Sequence record: MK773491.1 | Reading direction: 5' to 3' (one strand) | Length of the DNA: 64,000 nt | Shown: piece after piece, positions 38,411 through 47,898 of the stretch | Numbering within the stretch: the first letter of the stretch is position 1 | How the letters are laid out: each line of letters opens with the position of its first letter | Program-made: the position numbers and the translations under genes | Notes under the pieces: model-generated | What the model was told of the DNA's origin: nothing | Seen by the model: the letters and a program-made list of their open reading frames with translations, nothing else | The model's database searches: none

Positions 38411-38737
38411 ATGATCAATCTCAAATTCAAAAACGGCCCTAAAATCCCCAACTTGGGGAGACGCATGAAACCAAAAAATGCAGAAATTATTATACACCCT
38501 GACGGTACTGAATTGTACTTACTCAATACACCGACTGAAAAAAGTGCGATTGATACTTTAATCATTTCATCTAGGTTCAATAAGAGTAAGGCAGATGTAC
38601 CGTACTTAACTTATCTTTATTCGGAACACATATTAGACTTCGATGATCCATGTGAAAAGACATTCTTTATGCTAATGGATGACTTTAATAACTGGTGGAA
38701 ACACATTGAAGAAAAACTTGGGACAGATGACAACTAA
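38411..38737 (+). CDS. Hypothetical protein (EKTFFMLM, possible degenerate FQ-family member)
   Basis: GAGG RBS. Confidence 0.75.
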   Translation: MINLKFKNGPKIPNLGRRMKPKNAEIIIHPDGTELYLLNTPTEKSAIDTLIISSRFNKSKADVPYLTYLYSEHILDFDDPCEKTFFMLMDDFNNWWKHIEEKLGTDDN

Positions 38738-38782
38738 TGTGATATAATAAATCATCATAAAATTTCGTAAGGAGACGACATT

Positions 38783-39166
38783 ATGAAGACTAATCATTCA
38801 GAAAACTTAAAGACAATTGGTGGTGTAGTTCTAATTAACCATGAAGGTAGTGAAAAACTATGTTGTCTTGAAGATATGCAGCACACCAAATTCTTTACCA
38901 TTGGTCAACTATTCAATGCGATTCGTGTTTATCACGGAAAAGACGTATCTGATTATGGTGACTTGTGGCCTTCCTACCGCAATCGCAAAACGGGAGAAGT
39001 TTCTAGCGATTGGGAAACTCTAAAAGCGGTATTAGAAAATTGCGAATCAGATTACGACTTCATGGTTGAAGCGTGTGCTCAACTAAATGAAGAAGTTCCT
39101 GAAGTACTAGAACGCAAGACAGTACTAGAAAGACTAGAACTCTTCCGTAATGGTCAACTAAACTAA
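38783..39166 (+). CDS. Hypothetical protein
   Basis: AGGAG RBS. Confidence 0.85.
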   Translation: MKTNHSENLKTIGGVVLINHEGSEKLCCLEDMQHTKFFTIGQLFNAIRVYHGKDVSDYGDLWPSYRNRKTGEVSSDWETLKAVLENCESDYDFMVEACAQLNEEVPEVLERKTVLERLELFRNGQLN

Positions 39167-39201
39167 TACACAATAACATGTAACATAAAGGGAATTATAA
39201 A

Positions 39202-39504
39202 ATGGAAAACGGAATTAAATTTGATATGTTTGCAAGCCTAGAAGAACGAGACTTCAACGCAATTGAAAATGAAGAAGTCGAAGTAGTTAGTGTTACTGCT
39301 AAATCTGATACCAAGAAAAAGTACAGTACCGTTACTTCTAGAACTAAAGAAGAATACGAAACTTTCATTGAAAGTATTCACTACGAAACACTAACTCATC
39401 CAACTACTGGTGAGGAATATCAGGTTAAAGTTACAGTACTAAAACCTGAAGTAAACCCATTAGAAAATATGCGTCCAGTGTTTGCGTACTCAACTAATCA
39501 CTAA
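39202..39504 (+). CDS. Hypothetical protein
   Basis: RBS, downstream terminator. Confidence 0.85.
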   Translation: MENGIKFDMFASLEERDFNAIENEEVEVVSVTAKSDTKKKYSTVTSRTKEEYETFIESIHYETLTHPTTGEEYQVKVTVLKPEVNPLENMRPVFAYSTNH

Positions 39505-39548
39505 TACAAAGGCAGGGGTTAATTCCCCTGCTCTTTTTTTGGAGAACT

Positions 39549-40310
39549 ATGCTAAGTATTAAAGAAATATGTGAATACCAAGAAAGAAGATTCTTGGAAA
39601 TACATGCAATAGCTGAAAAAATTCATCCAAAACTTCTCCGTAGGATCAACGTACTTGATTTATTCAATCCAGAATTTGATGCTAGTACATATAATGCTAA
39701 ATTCAAAGAATGCATTGAACCCCTCATTATTGAATACAAATCTAAAGTCAAGGATATGTTTTCCTCGCACACAAGAGACTTTCTTGAAGGTTGGATGCTT
39801 ATACATCCTGATAATCATATCGGTACGGATTTGAGTACTGGTCTTCATATAACACAAGTTCCACAGTTCCCTTTTGATGATTGTGATATAATGTATGATT
39901 TAGAAATCGAACCTTATATTATTACAATAGAAGAAAAGTTGAACGAATATAATATAAAACCTTTTTGGGAAATGGAATATAACACAGTATACGAAGGTCA
40001 CCGGGCGTGGATGTCTCGTTCTAATAACGCTGAAGACTATATTAGAAAGAATCGTAATATGTTCAATGGTGTCAAGAATACATATGATCAACTAATTGAA
40101 ATTGCCAATGATATCAATGCATTACCTAGTGTTAACCTACCACCAGTATCAAGAGAAATTTCAAACATGGTACATGATAGTCAATTGAAAAATATTGTCA
40201 AACATCATAAAGTACTAAATCAATTCTTTGATAAGTTTGGACAAGATGCGGTGGGTGAATATTATACTTCCAAAGATTCTAAAGGTAATATAAAATTCAA
40301 TAAGATATAG
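39549..40310 (+). CDS. Hypothetical protein
   Basis: GGAG RBS, 253 aa. Confidence 0.85.
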   Translation: MLSIKEICEYQERRFLEIHAIAEKIHPKLLRRINVLDLFNPEFDASTYNAKFKECIEPLIIEYKSKVKDMFSSHTRDFLEGWMLIHPDNHIGTDLSTGLHITQVPQFPFDDCDIMYDLEIEPYIITIEEKLNEYNIKPFWEMEYNTVYEGHRAWMSRSNNAEDYIRKNRNMFNGVKNTYDQLIEIANDINALPSVNLPPVSREISNMVHDSQLKNIVKHHKVLNQFFDKFGQDAVGEYYTSKDSKGNIKFNKI

Positions 40311-40317
40311 GAGTGTT

Positions 40318-41181
40318 ATGAAACTACAACTAATATATGATTTCTATGACCGGGATGATGGTGAGGATGTATGTTGTGATGGTGAATATTATGGATATGC
40401 AACAGATGTTCACACAAATTCGAAACTTCCTCATGAGAACAAAACGTTTAATGAAGAAGTTCATAGAAAAATGAGCAAGTACTTTAAACATTCTGCTAGG
40501 ACTGATAATAGGACTTTGGTGGAAATCCCAGATGATATAATGTTCCAGTTCATGATAGATGGGGTATATGATTATGATTATATTGCATATAACATGATTG
40601 ACGGTCGTATTTGTATCTCCAATACCAAACAAGGTGCATGTCGTTATGGTAATGATGAATACGGATATGGTTGTTCAAATAATGCAGATGGGGATGAAGA
40701 AAAATTCTTTAAATTCAATCTTGATAATTCATCTAAGTTGGACAAAGAACGTGATAGTAGAAATAGCTATATGATTGTTCCAGATGGGGAGCACTATAAG
40801 AATATTCATGAAGTACTAATGCCTTACATTGTGTATCGTTTTGTTCAACATTTCAAAATGGGCGTTGATTGTATTTCACAGACTCAAGTTCTTAATAGTG
40901 TACGAAGTGAATACGAATATGAAACTGAAGAAATTTGTTATGAAGTTCATAGCAATGGTGAATACATATTCTCAGGTAGTCAATTGTTTGATGATGACGA
41001 GACAAACTGCCGTAGGACTTGGGATATGCGTTCGGACACATTCGTATTGTGTTTACAATTCTGGGTTGAGGATCATCCAATCTTTTTAGCAGCAAAGGAC
41101 TTTATTTCGGATAGAGACGTAGAAATTTATAAATTATTTTATAATAAAATTATGTCGAAAATAACTGAGACAAAGTGCTGA
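40318..41181 (+). CDS. Acidic hypothetical protein
   Basis: AGGAG RBS, 287 aa. Confidence 0.85.
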   Translation: MKLQLIYDFYDRDDGEDVCCDGEYYGYATDVHTNSKLPHENKTFNEEVHRKMSKYFKHSARTDNRTLVEIPDDIMFQFMIDGVYDYDYIAYNMIDGRICISNTKQGACRYGNDEYGYGCSNNADGDEEKFFKFNLDNSSKLDKERDSRNSYMIVPDGEHYKNIHEVLMPYIVYRFVQHFKMGVDCISQTQVLNSVRSEYEYETEEICYEVHSNGEYIFSGSQLFDDDETNCRRTWDMRSDTFVLCLQFWVEDHPIFLAAKDFISDRDVEIYKLFYNKIMSKITETKC

Positions 41182-41197
41182 AAATGTGATATAATAT

Positions 41198-41230
41198 AAG
41201 GGTAAAGGCGTGTGTCCTTTACCCTTTTTC
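41198..41230 (+). terminator. Intrinsic terminator
   Basis: AAGGGTAAAGG-CGTGTGT-CCTTTACCCTT-TTTC. Confidence 0.8.
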
Positions 41231-41234
41231 AATT

Positions 41235-41710
41235 CTGAATGACCCGAAAGGGATTAAGAAAAGCCTGATTCACTCGAAAATGTAGAGGACAGATGAGTAG
41301 TTCATTCAGTACGATAGCAGATGAGACCCGTTAGGAGATGGCATAGTTAGTACCACCCACGGCAATGCGGCTATTAAAACCAAGACAGTACTACATAAGC
41401 TCTTGGCGTGTACACGGCACGATAGACATATAGGATTCGCACCTACCAAATGTATAAGGGAATTACCTTATTTTGGGGCGATGTTTTAGGGTATACCCTT
41501 ATTGCGTCCAAAATTTGAGTAATAAGTACAGTAACAGTTCATGTTGTTATTGTATTAAGCGTACTAAGACTACGACCGTTGCATAGAACCGCGATAGGGA
41601 GAAACAGGGCAACCCGCTTCCGCTCAACTATATGAAATTCGTGACATGAAAGGATGATGACTACCAGCGTCAAATATATTTTTTTCTCCCTCCCCTGTGG
41701 GGGGATGAAA
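41235..41710 (+). ncRNA. Candidate large structured ncRNA (~470 nt); strand inferred
   Basis: No ORF of 60 aa or more, higher GC, many nested helices with GAAA/GCAA loops. Confidence 0.55.
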
Positions 41711-41755
41711 GTGAATCAAACAAACCTCGTCAATAATTAAAGTACAATACTAAAT

Positions 41756-41836
41756 GAGTAAGAATATTCAAGAACGAACGCTAGTGAGTAATTGAATATT
41801 CTTACTCTGAATCATTGAACGTTAGTGAAATGATTC
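41756..41836. repeat. Twin perfect hairpins (16-bp and 8-bp stems) with shared loop GAACGYTAGTGA
   Basis: 41756-41807 and 41809-41836. Confidence 0.85.
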
Positions 41837-41869
41837 GTTGTTTAGTGAATAGAAAAAGAGAAAAACAGA

Positions 41870-42400
41870 ATGAATGAAGTGACATATAAACAGAAAGATG
41901 GTACATTGATCAAAAATTCAAATGAATTACCGCAGTACTTTACTGGATATAAAATCTCAAAAGACTATAATAAACTTAGTTCAATTACTGAATTTGATAA
42001 AGGAACTGAGATTGGTAGAATCAGTTTCAGACCAACACAACAGCCTGTCATTTTTTCTGTGAAATATGGAGGTTATAGTGAAGAACGCTATAACAATGGA
42101 AATGTAAATTCTGTATATTATACTGATCATAACGCAAGAATTTATGGTGAGTACAGGAAATATACAATTAACGGTGAACTAAAAACTGTCAAGTACTTCA
42201 GTGATAGTTCTGATGTAACAGAAGATATTAAATCTTTTATTGGTTTTACTGGTGATAATGATTCATTTAAAACATACAAATTCGCAGAAGATGAGGTTTT
42301 TAACTTGTACATGATGTACGGTAGTAAATTTAAATTTCACGATGAATACAGAATCGATAGTTCAAAATTTGATGATATCATGAGATTCTGTTTAAAATAG
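41870..42400 (+). CDS. Hypothetical protein with a MORN-like segment and degenerate FQ-like motif (DEVFNLYM)
   Basis: YGEYRKYTINGELKTVKYF resembles MORN-variant repeats. Confidence 0.75.
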   Translation: MNEVTYKQKDGTLIKNSNELPQYFTGYKISKDYNKLSSITEFDKGTEIGRISFRPTQQPVIFSVKYGGYSEERYNNGNVNSVYYTDHNARIYGEYRKYTINGELKTVKYFSDSSDVTEDIKSFIGFTGDNDSFKTYKFAEDEVFNLYMMYGSKFKFHDEYRIDSSKFDDIMRFCLK

Positions 42401-42407
42401 GATTTAT

Positions 42408-42938
42408 ATGAGTAGCAAAGGAAATGCTAAGAAGAGAGATATGGGAGTACATTACTCATCCAAATCTCAAACATGGAACACACCTAGGGACTTTTTCAAG
42501 CCTCTAAATGATATCTGGAAGTTCACACTAGATGTTGCTTGTTTACCAGATAGTGCTTTATGTTCTAAGTACTTCACTCCTGAAGATAATAGTCTTATAC
42601 AAGATTGGGGTACTGAAATATGCTGGTTAAACCCACCATATAATGATTTAAAAACGTGGCTCGCTAAAGCGGTTGATGCCTATAATAAGGGAGCCACGGT
42701 AGTAATTTTAGTACCGTCAAGAACAGATACTATTGCTTTTCAGTCTTACGCAGCTAAAGATTGTTCGTGTATATGTTTTATAAAAGGTAGATTGAAGTTC
42801 TTTGACCCCAACAAGAATGAAAACGAAAAACAAGATCCAGCCCCTTTCCCTTCCTGTCTTATCGTACTTGACGATAATTTAACAGATGAAAAGATTCAAC
42901 ATTTAAAAACTTTAGGATTGGTAATGAAGAATGTCTAA
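42408..42938 (+). CDS. Phage DNA N6-adenine methyltransferase
   Basis: WNTPRDFF, FTLDVAC, CWLNPPY catalytic motif, LVPSRTD. Confidence 0.9.
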   Translation: MSSKGNAKKRDMGVHYSSKSQTWNTPRDFFKPLNDIWKFTLDVACLPDSALCSKYFTPEDNSLIQDWGTEICWLNPPYNDLKTWLAKAVDAYNKGATVVILVPSRTDTIAFQSYAAKDCSCICFIKGRLKFFDPNKNENEKQDPAPFPSCLIVLDDNLTDEKIQHLKTLGLVMKNV

Positions 42939-43467
42939 AACATGTGTTTTTATATATGGTAGAATGAATCCAGTACATCTAGGTCATGGTAAAGTATTCC
43001 ATACTGCATTGGATATGAAGAATAGAAGTACTGATGTAAAATTATTTCTAAGTTCATCCTTTGATGGTATAAAGAATCCACTACCAAGAGAACTTAAGCA
43101 ATATTATATTTCTGAATTTTTCCCCGAAATTTCTGAACATATTCAGGATAGAGATATTGCAAACTTGTTCGACATAATGGAATCACTCGACGGTGAATAT
43201 GATGAGGTTATATTTGTTGGTGGTTCTGATAGGACTGCTGGGTTTCAAAAAACTCTTGACAAATATAACGGAGTGCGTTATAATTTCAACTCAATAAAGA
43301 CAGTACTTGCTGGTGAAGACAGGACTGGATGCATATACAGTAGTACATTAATGCGAAAATCTGTCTTAGAAAATGACTTCCAGACATTTAAATTATGTTT
43401 ACCGGGAGACAATGAGTACTTAAAATACGATATGTTTTGCGGCGTACAAAACTACATGAGGAAATGA
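42931..43467 (+). CDS. Cytidylyltransferase-like (HxGH) nucleotidyltransferase
   Basis: YGRMNPVHLGH, VGGSDR, SSTLMR. Confidence 0.85.
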   Translation: MSKTCVFIYGRMNPVHLGHGKVFHTALDMKNRSTDVKLFLSSSFDGIKNPLPRELKQYYISEFFPEISEHIQDRDIANLFDIMESLDGEYDEVIFVGGSDRTAGFQKTLDKYNGVRYNFNSIKTVLAGEDRTGCIYSSTLMRKSVLENDFQTFKLCLPGDNEYLKYDMFCGVQNYMRK

Positions 43468-43468
43468 T

Positions 43469-43756
43469 ATGGAATTAGAACTAAGACCAGCACCAGCATT
43501 TGCTTGGGCTGAAAATGAAAAAACTGGCTATCGTCATGTTAGTGTGATGAATGGTTCAGTGAAAATCTTTGCTTGCATTTCTAATAAAACTATGGGAAAA
43601 TGGGAATCTAAAGTTGTTCCTATGGGATATACGTACTCAAAGTTTGAAGTACAGGAATTGGCTGAATTGTTCAGTGACTTGGATGATTTAATGCAATATC
43701 TAGAACGTGATGAAGAAACAACTCACGATGATATTTTAGAATTCTTAGGTTACTAA
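43469..43756 (+). CDS. Hypothetical protein
   Basis: GAGGA RBS, coupled. Confidence 0.8.
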   Translation: MELELRPAPAFAWAENEKTGYRHVSVMNGSVKIFACISNKTMGKWESKVVPMGYTYSKFEVQELAELFSDLDDLMQYLERDEETTHDDILEFLGY

Positions 43757-43757
43757 A

Positions 43758-44000
43758 ATGATTCAAATTAACGGGATAGAACTTCCCGAACAATGTACAG
43801 TACTTGAAGGATTAACATACATTCATGTGTATTTTAAGAACCTAAGCATCAGTACTCAAAAGTTACTTGTGTCCCTTCAGGACGAAGAAGTTTCTTTTAC
43901 ATTCAGTGAAGATGACTTGATTCATGAGTATCCTTGTGCTACAATCATCTACTTAGGTAACAACACTTTATATGTATGCAGCAGTATGACTAAGGAGTAA
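43758..44000 (+). CDS. Hypothetical protein
   Basis: Coupled ORF. Confidence 0.75.
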   Translation: MIQINGIELPEQCTVLEGLTYIHVYFKNLSISTQKLLVSLQDEEVSFTFSEDDLIHEYPCATIIYLGNNTLYVCSSMTKE

Positions 44001-44002
44001 CA

Positions 44003-44617
44003 GTGTTTTCAACTAATACATTTATGCGTTATCATCGTATGGGTTTCTCACCTCGTCCTGTACGTGGTAAAGGCCCAGACCAAGATTTAGCAGTATCATA
44101 TTACTTTGATAATGTACAATATGTTTTCAATGACTACGGTGAATATGAAGAAACCGGAAATATTGAAGACATGAACATGGCAGTACTTAATCTTGAGTAC
44201 ATCATGAATAGTGATCGCCATGACAAGATTAAAAAGATTGTAGAATTCATCCAACGTCAAATGCGTGTACCTATTTGGGCTGAGGTTGCAGTTGATACCC
44301 AACTCGGTATTTCATTCGGATGTTCAGAAGGTATGATTGCACAACTCATTATGGATTTCCCAACTAAAGAGAAATTCGAAGAGTACAAAGGTAAACTTCT
44401 AGAACAACTAAAAAATCTAGGGGCTGACCTTGATAATCTACCACCAATCGAAGACGTTGAAGAATTCATTCTTATCCCTTGTGAAGATAAGTACGATGTA
44501 CTCTTTAAAGACATGAAAATTGACGGAGTTGTTGTTGAGATTATTGATGATGATGACTTGTTCATTGAAATCGATATGGATGATGACGGGGATGACGACG
44601 ACGATGAGGATGATTAA
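44003..44617 (+). CDS. Hypothetical protein with poly-Asp C-terminal tail
   Basis: AGGAG RBS, GTG start; DDDGDDDDDEDD end. Confidence 0.8.
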   Translation: MFSTNTFMRYHRMGFSPRPVRGKGPDQDLAVSYYFDNVQYVFNDYGEYEETGNIEDMNMAVLNLEYIMNSDRHDKIKKIVEFIQRQMRVPIWAEVAVDTQLGISFGCSEGMIAQLIMDFPTKEKFEEYKGKLLEQLKNLGADLDNLPPIEDVEEFILIPCEDKYDVLFKDMKIDGVVVEIIDDDDLFIEIDMDDDGDDDDDEDD

Positions 44618-45228
44618 TGCCTAAAACTGATTATAACAAACTACGTACTAAAGTACTCGGTATCATCGAAGGGTTGGCATTGTCCGACCCTAACTATAAC
44701 GATTTACGCCGCCTACTCGTGTTCTGTGAAACTATTCACCAGAACACACGTAAAGATGGTTCACGTGAGTTCAGCCACCAGCTAGAAATGATTGCATTTG
44801 CTCTCACGTATCACAACCAACTAACAAAACCACTAGACGTTTATAAAGCAATTCTAGTACACGATGTTATTGAAGACTATCCTGAGCACCGCAAGGAACT
44901 ATTGGAAAACTATCCTTCAGTACTAATGTACAGTGACCGTCTAGCTAAGTATAAAGATAACGAATGCTGTTACCGCACGTACTTCAATAATTTGAGTTCA
45001 TGTGATGTTTGTAGTATTGTCAAACTAATTGACCGTGTTCACAATCTAAGTACTGCACCGGGTGTGTTTAGTAAAGAAAAACTTCAAGAATATTGTTCAG
45101 AAACGGAAGATTATTACTTTGACATGATTCGTCTATGCAAAGAGAACTTCCCGAATCGTTCAGTATACGAGAACTTGAAATTCATTCTTACTACGCAAGT
45201 TAATACTATTCAGGCTTTGAATGTATGA
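44617..45228 (+). CDS. HD-domain hydrolase, RelA/SpoT (p)ppGpp-hydrolase type
   Basis: HQNTRKDG...SHQ, LVHDVIED, IVKLIDRVHNL. Confidence 0.8.
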   Translation: MPKTDYNKLRTKVLGIIEGLALSDPNYNDLRRLLVFCETIHQNTRKDGSREFSHQLEMIAFALTYHNQLTKPLDVYKAILVHDVIEDYPEHRKELLENYPSVLMYSDRLAKYKDNECCYRTYFNNLSSCDVCSIVKLIDRVHNLSTAPGVFSKEKLQEYCSETEDYYFDMIRLCKENFPNRSVYENLKFILTTQVNTIQALNV

Positions 45229-45431
45229 TTTTCTGGTATAAACTCGTACAGATGGTCATATTTTTTATTCTCATATTCATTGGGGCTGGACTATCGCTAG
45301 TCCCTGTGAGTACTTTATATGTTCTATTGACAATCTGCTATATTCTTGTTATAGTAGGTGCTGCATATATTTGTACTTTGATAGATGAACAAATACAGAG
45401 GATACGTGATGAACGAAAAAATAGAGACTGA
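45225..45431 (+). CDS. Two-TM membrane protein
   Basis: Two hydrophobic segments, ATGA coupling. Confidence 0.75.
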   Translation: MIFWYKLVQMVIFFILIFIGAGLSLVPVSTLYVLLTICYILVIVGAAYICTLIDEQIQRIRDERKNRD

Positions 45432-45579
45432 ACATTGTCCGTACTGTCAGGTTGAAGTCCAAATTTGGACTGAATGTAGCTACGGAGTAGGTCAAGCTGG
45501 TGGTATTGTCATTGCAAAGACGTATTGTTCTGTATGTGAAGAAAAAATACGTGAAAGAGTTATTGACAAAGATATCTAA
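45409..45579 (+). CDS. Small Zn-ribbon protein (CPYC...CSVC)
   Basis: GAGGA RBS before 45409. Confidence 0.7.
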   Translation: MNEKIETEHCPYCQVEVQIWTECSYGVGQAGGIVIAKTYCSVCEEKIRERVIDKDI

Positions 45580-45625
45580 GTCCACTATAATGTGGACTTT
45601 CTTTTTAATCAAATAAAGGTGTTCT

Positions 45626-46252
45626 ATGACGAGAGAAGAAGCAGCACTGATAAACTTTATGAATATGATCAACTCCATTGCGTTTATGGCTGAAGCATAC
45701 AAGAATGATGATGATTTGAGTTCTTTAGATTTCAAGTTGAGGCGTTACCCTCTTAATTTAATGAATACAAGTGGTGGTTATTCTTTAAAGACAACTCATT
45801 TTCTAGATGATGAAGATGATAAACCATCACACGAAAACTTCTATGTTTATAGTGATATGCCTCGCATCGGATCATACATGTATCCGAAAACAGAACATCT
45901 AGCTAGTATTAATACTTATAATATAACACTACAAAATGGTAAACCAGAAAATATCATTAGTATTGGATTTTGGGAACCTAATAATTGGATTATTCGCATA
46001 GAACATTGTAGTACTGAATTCATTATCAAAAATGAACGTGGTCAAAGTGAAATAATTGATATTACTGATGAAGCACAACTATTTCAGTACTCTCTAATGA
46101 ATCCAACCTATCCAGATTTTCTAACGAAGATTGCATATGAGGGAATTGGACTCATACTGCTTAGTGAGAAATATAATAAAATAATTATGAAAAGTTCTGG
46201 GTGTATTGTAGATTTGGGAATTAAAGATTTTACAAACGAGTTTAAGGAGTAG
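45626..46252 (+). CDS. FQ-motif paralog (AQLFQYSLMN)
   Basis: Own promoter, motif. Confidence 0.85.
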   Translation: MTREEAALINFMNMINSIAFMAEAYKNDDDLSSLDFKLRRYPLNLMNTSGGYSLKTTHFLDDEDDKPSHENFYVYSDMPRIGSYMYPKTEHLASINTYNITLQNGKPENIISIGFWEPNNWIIRIEHCSTEFIIKNERGQSEIIDITDEAQLFQYSLMNPTYPDFLTKIAYEGIGLILLSEKYNKIIMKSSGCIVDLGIKDFTNEFKE

Positions 46253-46284
46253 TAAAGCAGATTTATTCACAAGGAGTGTGAGCG

Positions 46285-47016
46285 ATGTTAGATCGAATTA
46301 AATTTGCACAAGAGTTAGCCAACGAATTGAACATGGCTAGTTTTCAATCATTAAACCCAATCATGGCAGAGTATGCAACTGCGGCAGCTTCGTCTGGGGT
46401 TCAATGTGGACAAGCTAACCTATTGGCTGATGTGTTTAGTGAAGTACAGGGTATGCAATATTCTGTTAAATCATATAAAGACAAGTTCGTTGGTATGTAT
46501 ATGAATGGGGAAGTTGAAGAAGAACGCAGATATACTGATTTTATAATTGAAAGACGTGTGTCTGGTGTATCTAATCCAAATGCTGAACCTGATCTTGTTT
46601 TACAAGAAGTACTACAAGATATTATGGAAAATGAACAGAAAAGTAAAGAGAAGTACAACGTTAGTAGTACTGAAACTGTTCTTCTAGGTTATTCGGAAGA
46701 TGAAAACTATTTTTACTTCAGATTAACAGAAGTTCCATACGTATACGATTTCCCTGCAACTGTTTGCGAGAAGACTTTTACTGAACGTAGTAAGAACTTC
46801 CACAAACACGAAGGGAACAGAAGAAGTATTGATGGGTACAATGAGGATGGTGTACAAATTTACGAATGGGTGCATCCAAACAATTCCACATATACTCGTT
46901 GCTTGAAGAAGCGTTACGATTTACAAGAAGCTGATTCATTTTACTTCAAAATAGAAAAACAAAAATATCAAAGACCCGATGATAGTACTTTACTAGGTAT
47001 GGTATCATTGATGTAA
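46285..47016 (+). CDS. Hypothetical protein
   Basis: AGGAG RBS, 243 aa. Confidence 0.85.
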   Translation: MLDRIKFAQELANELNMASFQSLNPIMAEYATAAASSGVQCGQANLLADVFSEVQGMQYSVKSYKDKFVGMYMNGEVEEERRYTDFIIERRVSGVSNPNAEPDLVLQEVLQDIMENEQKSKEKYNVSSTETVLLGYSEDENYFYFRLTEVPYVYDFPATVCEKTFTERSKNFHKHEGNRRSIDGYNEDGVQIYEWVHPNNSTYTRCLKKRYDLQEADSFYFKIEKQKYQRPDDSTLLGMVSLM

Positions 47017-47067
47017 TTATATGTACACGGTAAATGCCGTGTACTCTTTTTAATATAAGGGTATCCT

Positions 47068-47367
47068 ATGAGCTATAATATCCGAATGGTTCCTAATGAA
47101 GTATGGTTCCAAATTCAAGCAAAGTATGTAGAACATAACACAACAGTGTATAAAAAGCCTGATGGCAAACAATATACTTTACTTGACCATGTTACTGTTG
47201 GTGAAAGTACAATACAATGCACTCAAGAAACTAAGTTTTTGTATAGTGGAATGCACAAATATGAAAGTATATCTGGTGATACTGTATTTTGGATAAAGGC
47301 AACCTTAGATGATATCCATGATATTGTTGAAGAAATAGATTCTATGGGAAGTGATTGGAATAAGTGA
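47068..47367 (+). CDS. Hypothetical protein
   Basis: RBS. Confidence 0.75.
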   Translation: MSYNIRMVPNEVWFQIQAKYVEHNTTVYKKPDGKQYTLLDHVTVGESTIQCTQETKFLYSGMHKYESISGDTVFWIKATLDDIHDIVEEIDSMGSDWNK

Positions 47368-47373
47368 GTTGAT

Positions 47374-47898
47374 ATGCATTATCTTGATAACATTAGAACC
47401 TTGATTAACTTTTATAAAGTACTGAGGGGTATACAACAACATGAACCATTTAATGTAAAACATTATGGTATTGAATGGAAATGGGATGGATCGTATGAAT
47501 TAGAAATAAACAATTCAGGATTTATGTCTACAATTCATCTTCTTGAACCATATAAAAGTAGTACATCAAACACGATATCAGTACTGACTCGTCGTTTGTA
47601 TATTTGTAAGAATAGTAAAAACTTCATGACTGCTATGGGTGGTAATCCTTCAGTACCGACGCATGAACTCACTACCGAAGAAATGCATTTTCAACATAGT
47701 TTAATGTGTGAGTTGCCTGAACTGGAAGAGATTCAACAAGTTTATCAAGGTGCACTAGAATTAGTTGAGAATGGTATATTCTACCGAGGCTCGTATAATG
47801 GGAAGAAATTAAATCCAATTCCTGTTATTAAAAAGATGTTACTTGAAATTGATAATAAGAAAATTGAATCTCACTGGAGACAATATTATGAATTTTGA
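47374..47898 (+). CDS. FQ-motif paralog (EMHFQHSLMC)
   Basis: Motif. Confidence 0.85.
   Translation: MHYLDNIRTLINFYKVLRGIQQHEPFNVKHYGIEWKWDGSYELEINNSGFMSTIHLLEPYKSSTSNTISVLTRRLYICKNSKNFMTAMGGNPSVPTHELTTEEMHFQHSLMCELPELEEIQQVYQGALELVENGIFYRGSYNGKKLNPIPVIKKMLLEIDNKKIESHWRQYYEF

Noticed and set aside
41235-41710. tRNA, tmRNA or group I intron
   Set aside because: No cloverleaf/T-loop with CCA, no tmRNA termini, and it lies between intact genes rather than interrupting one
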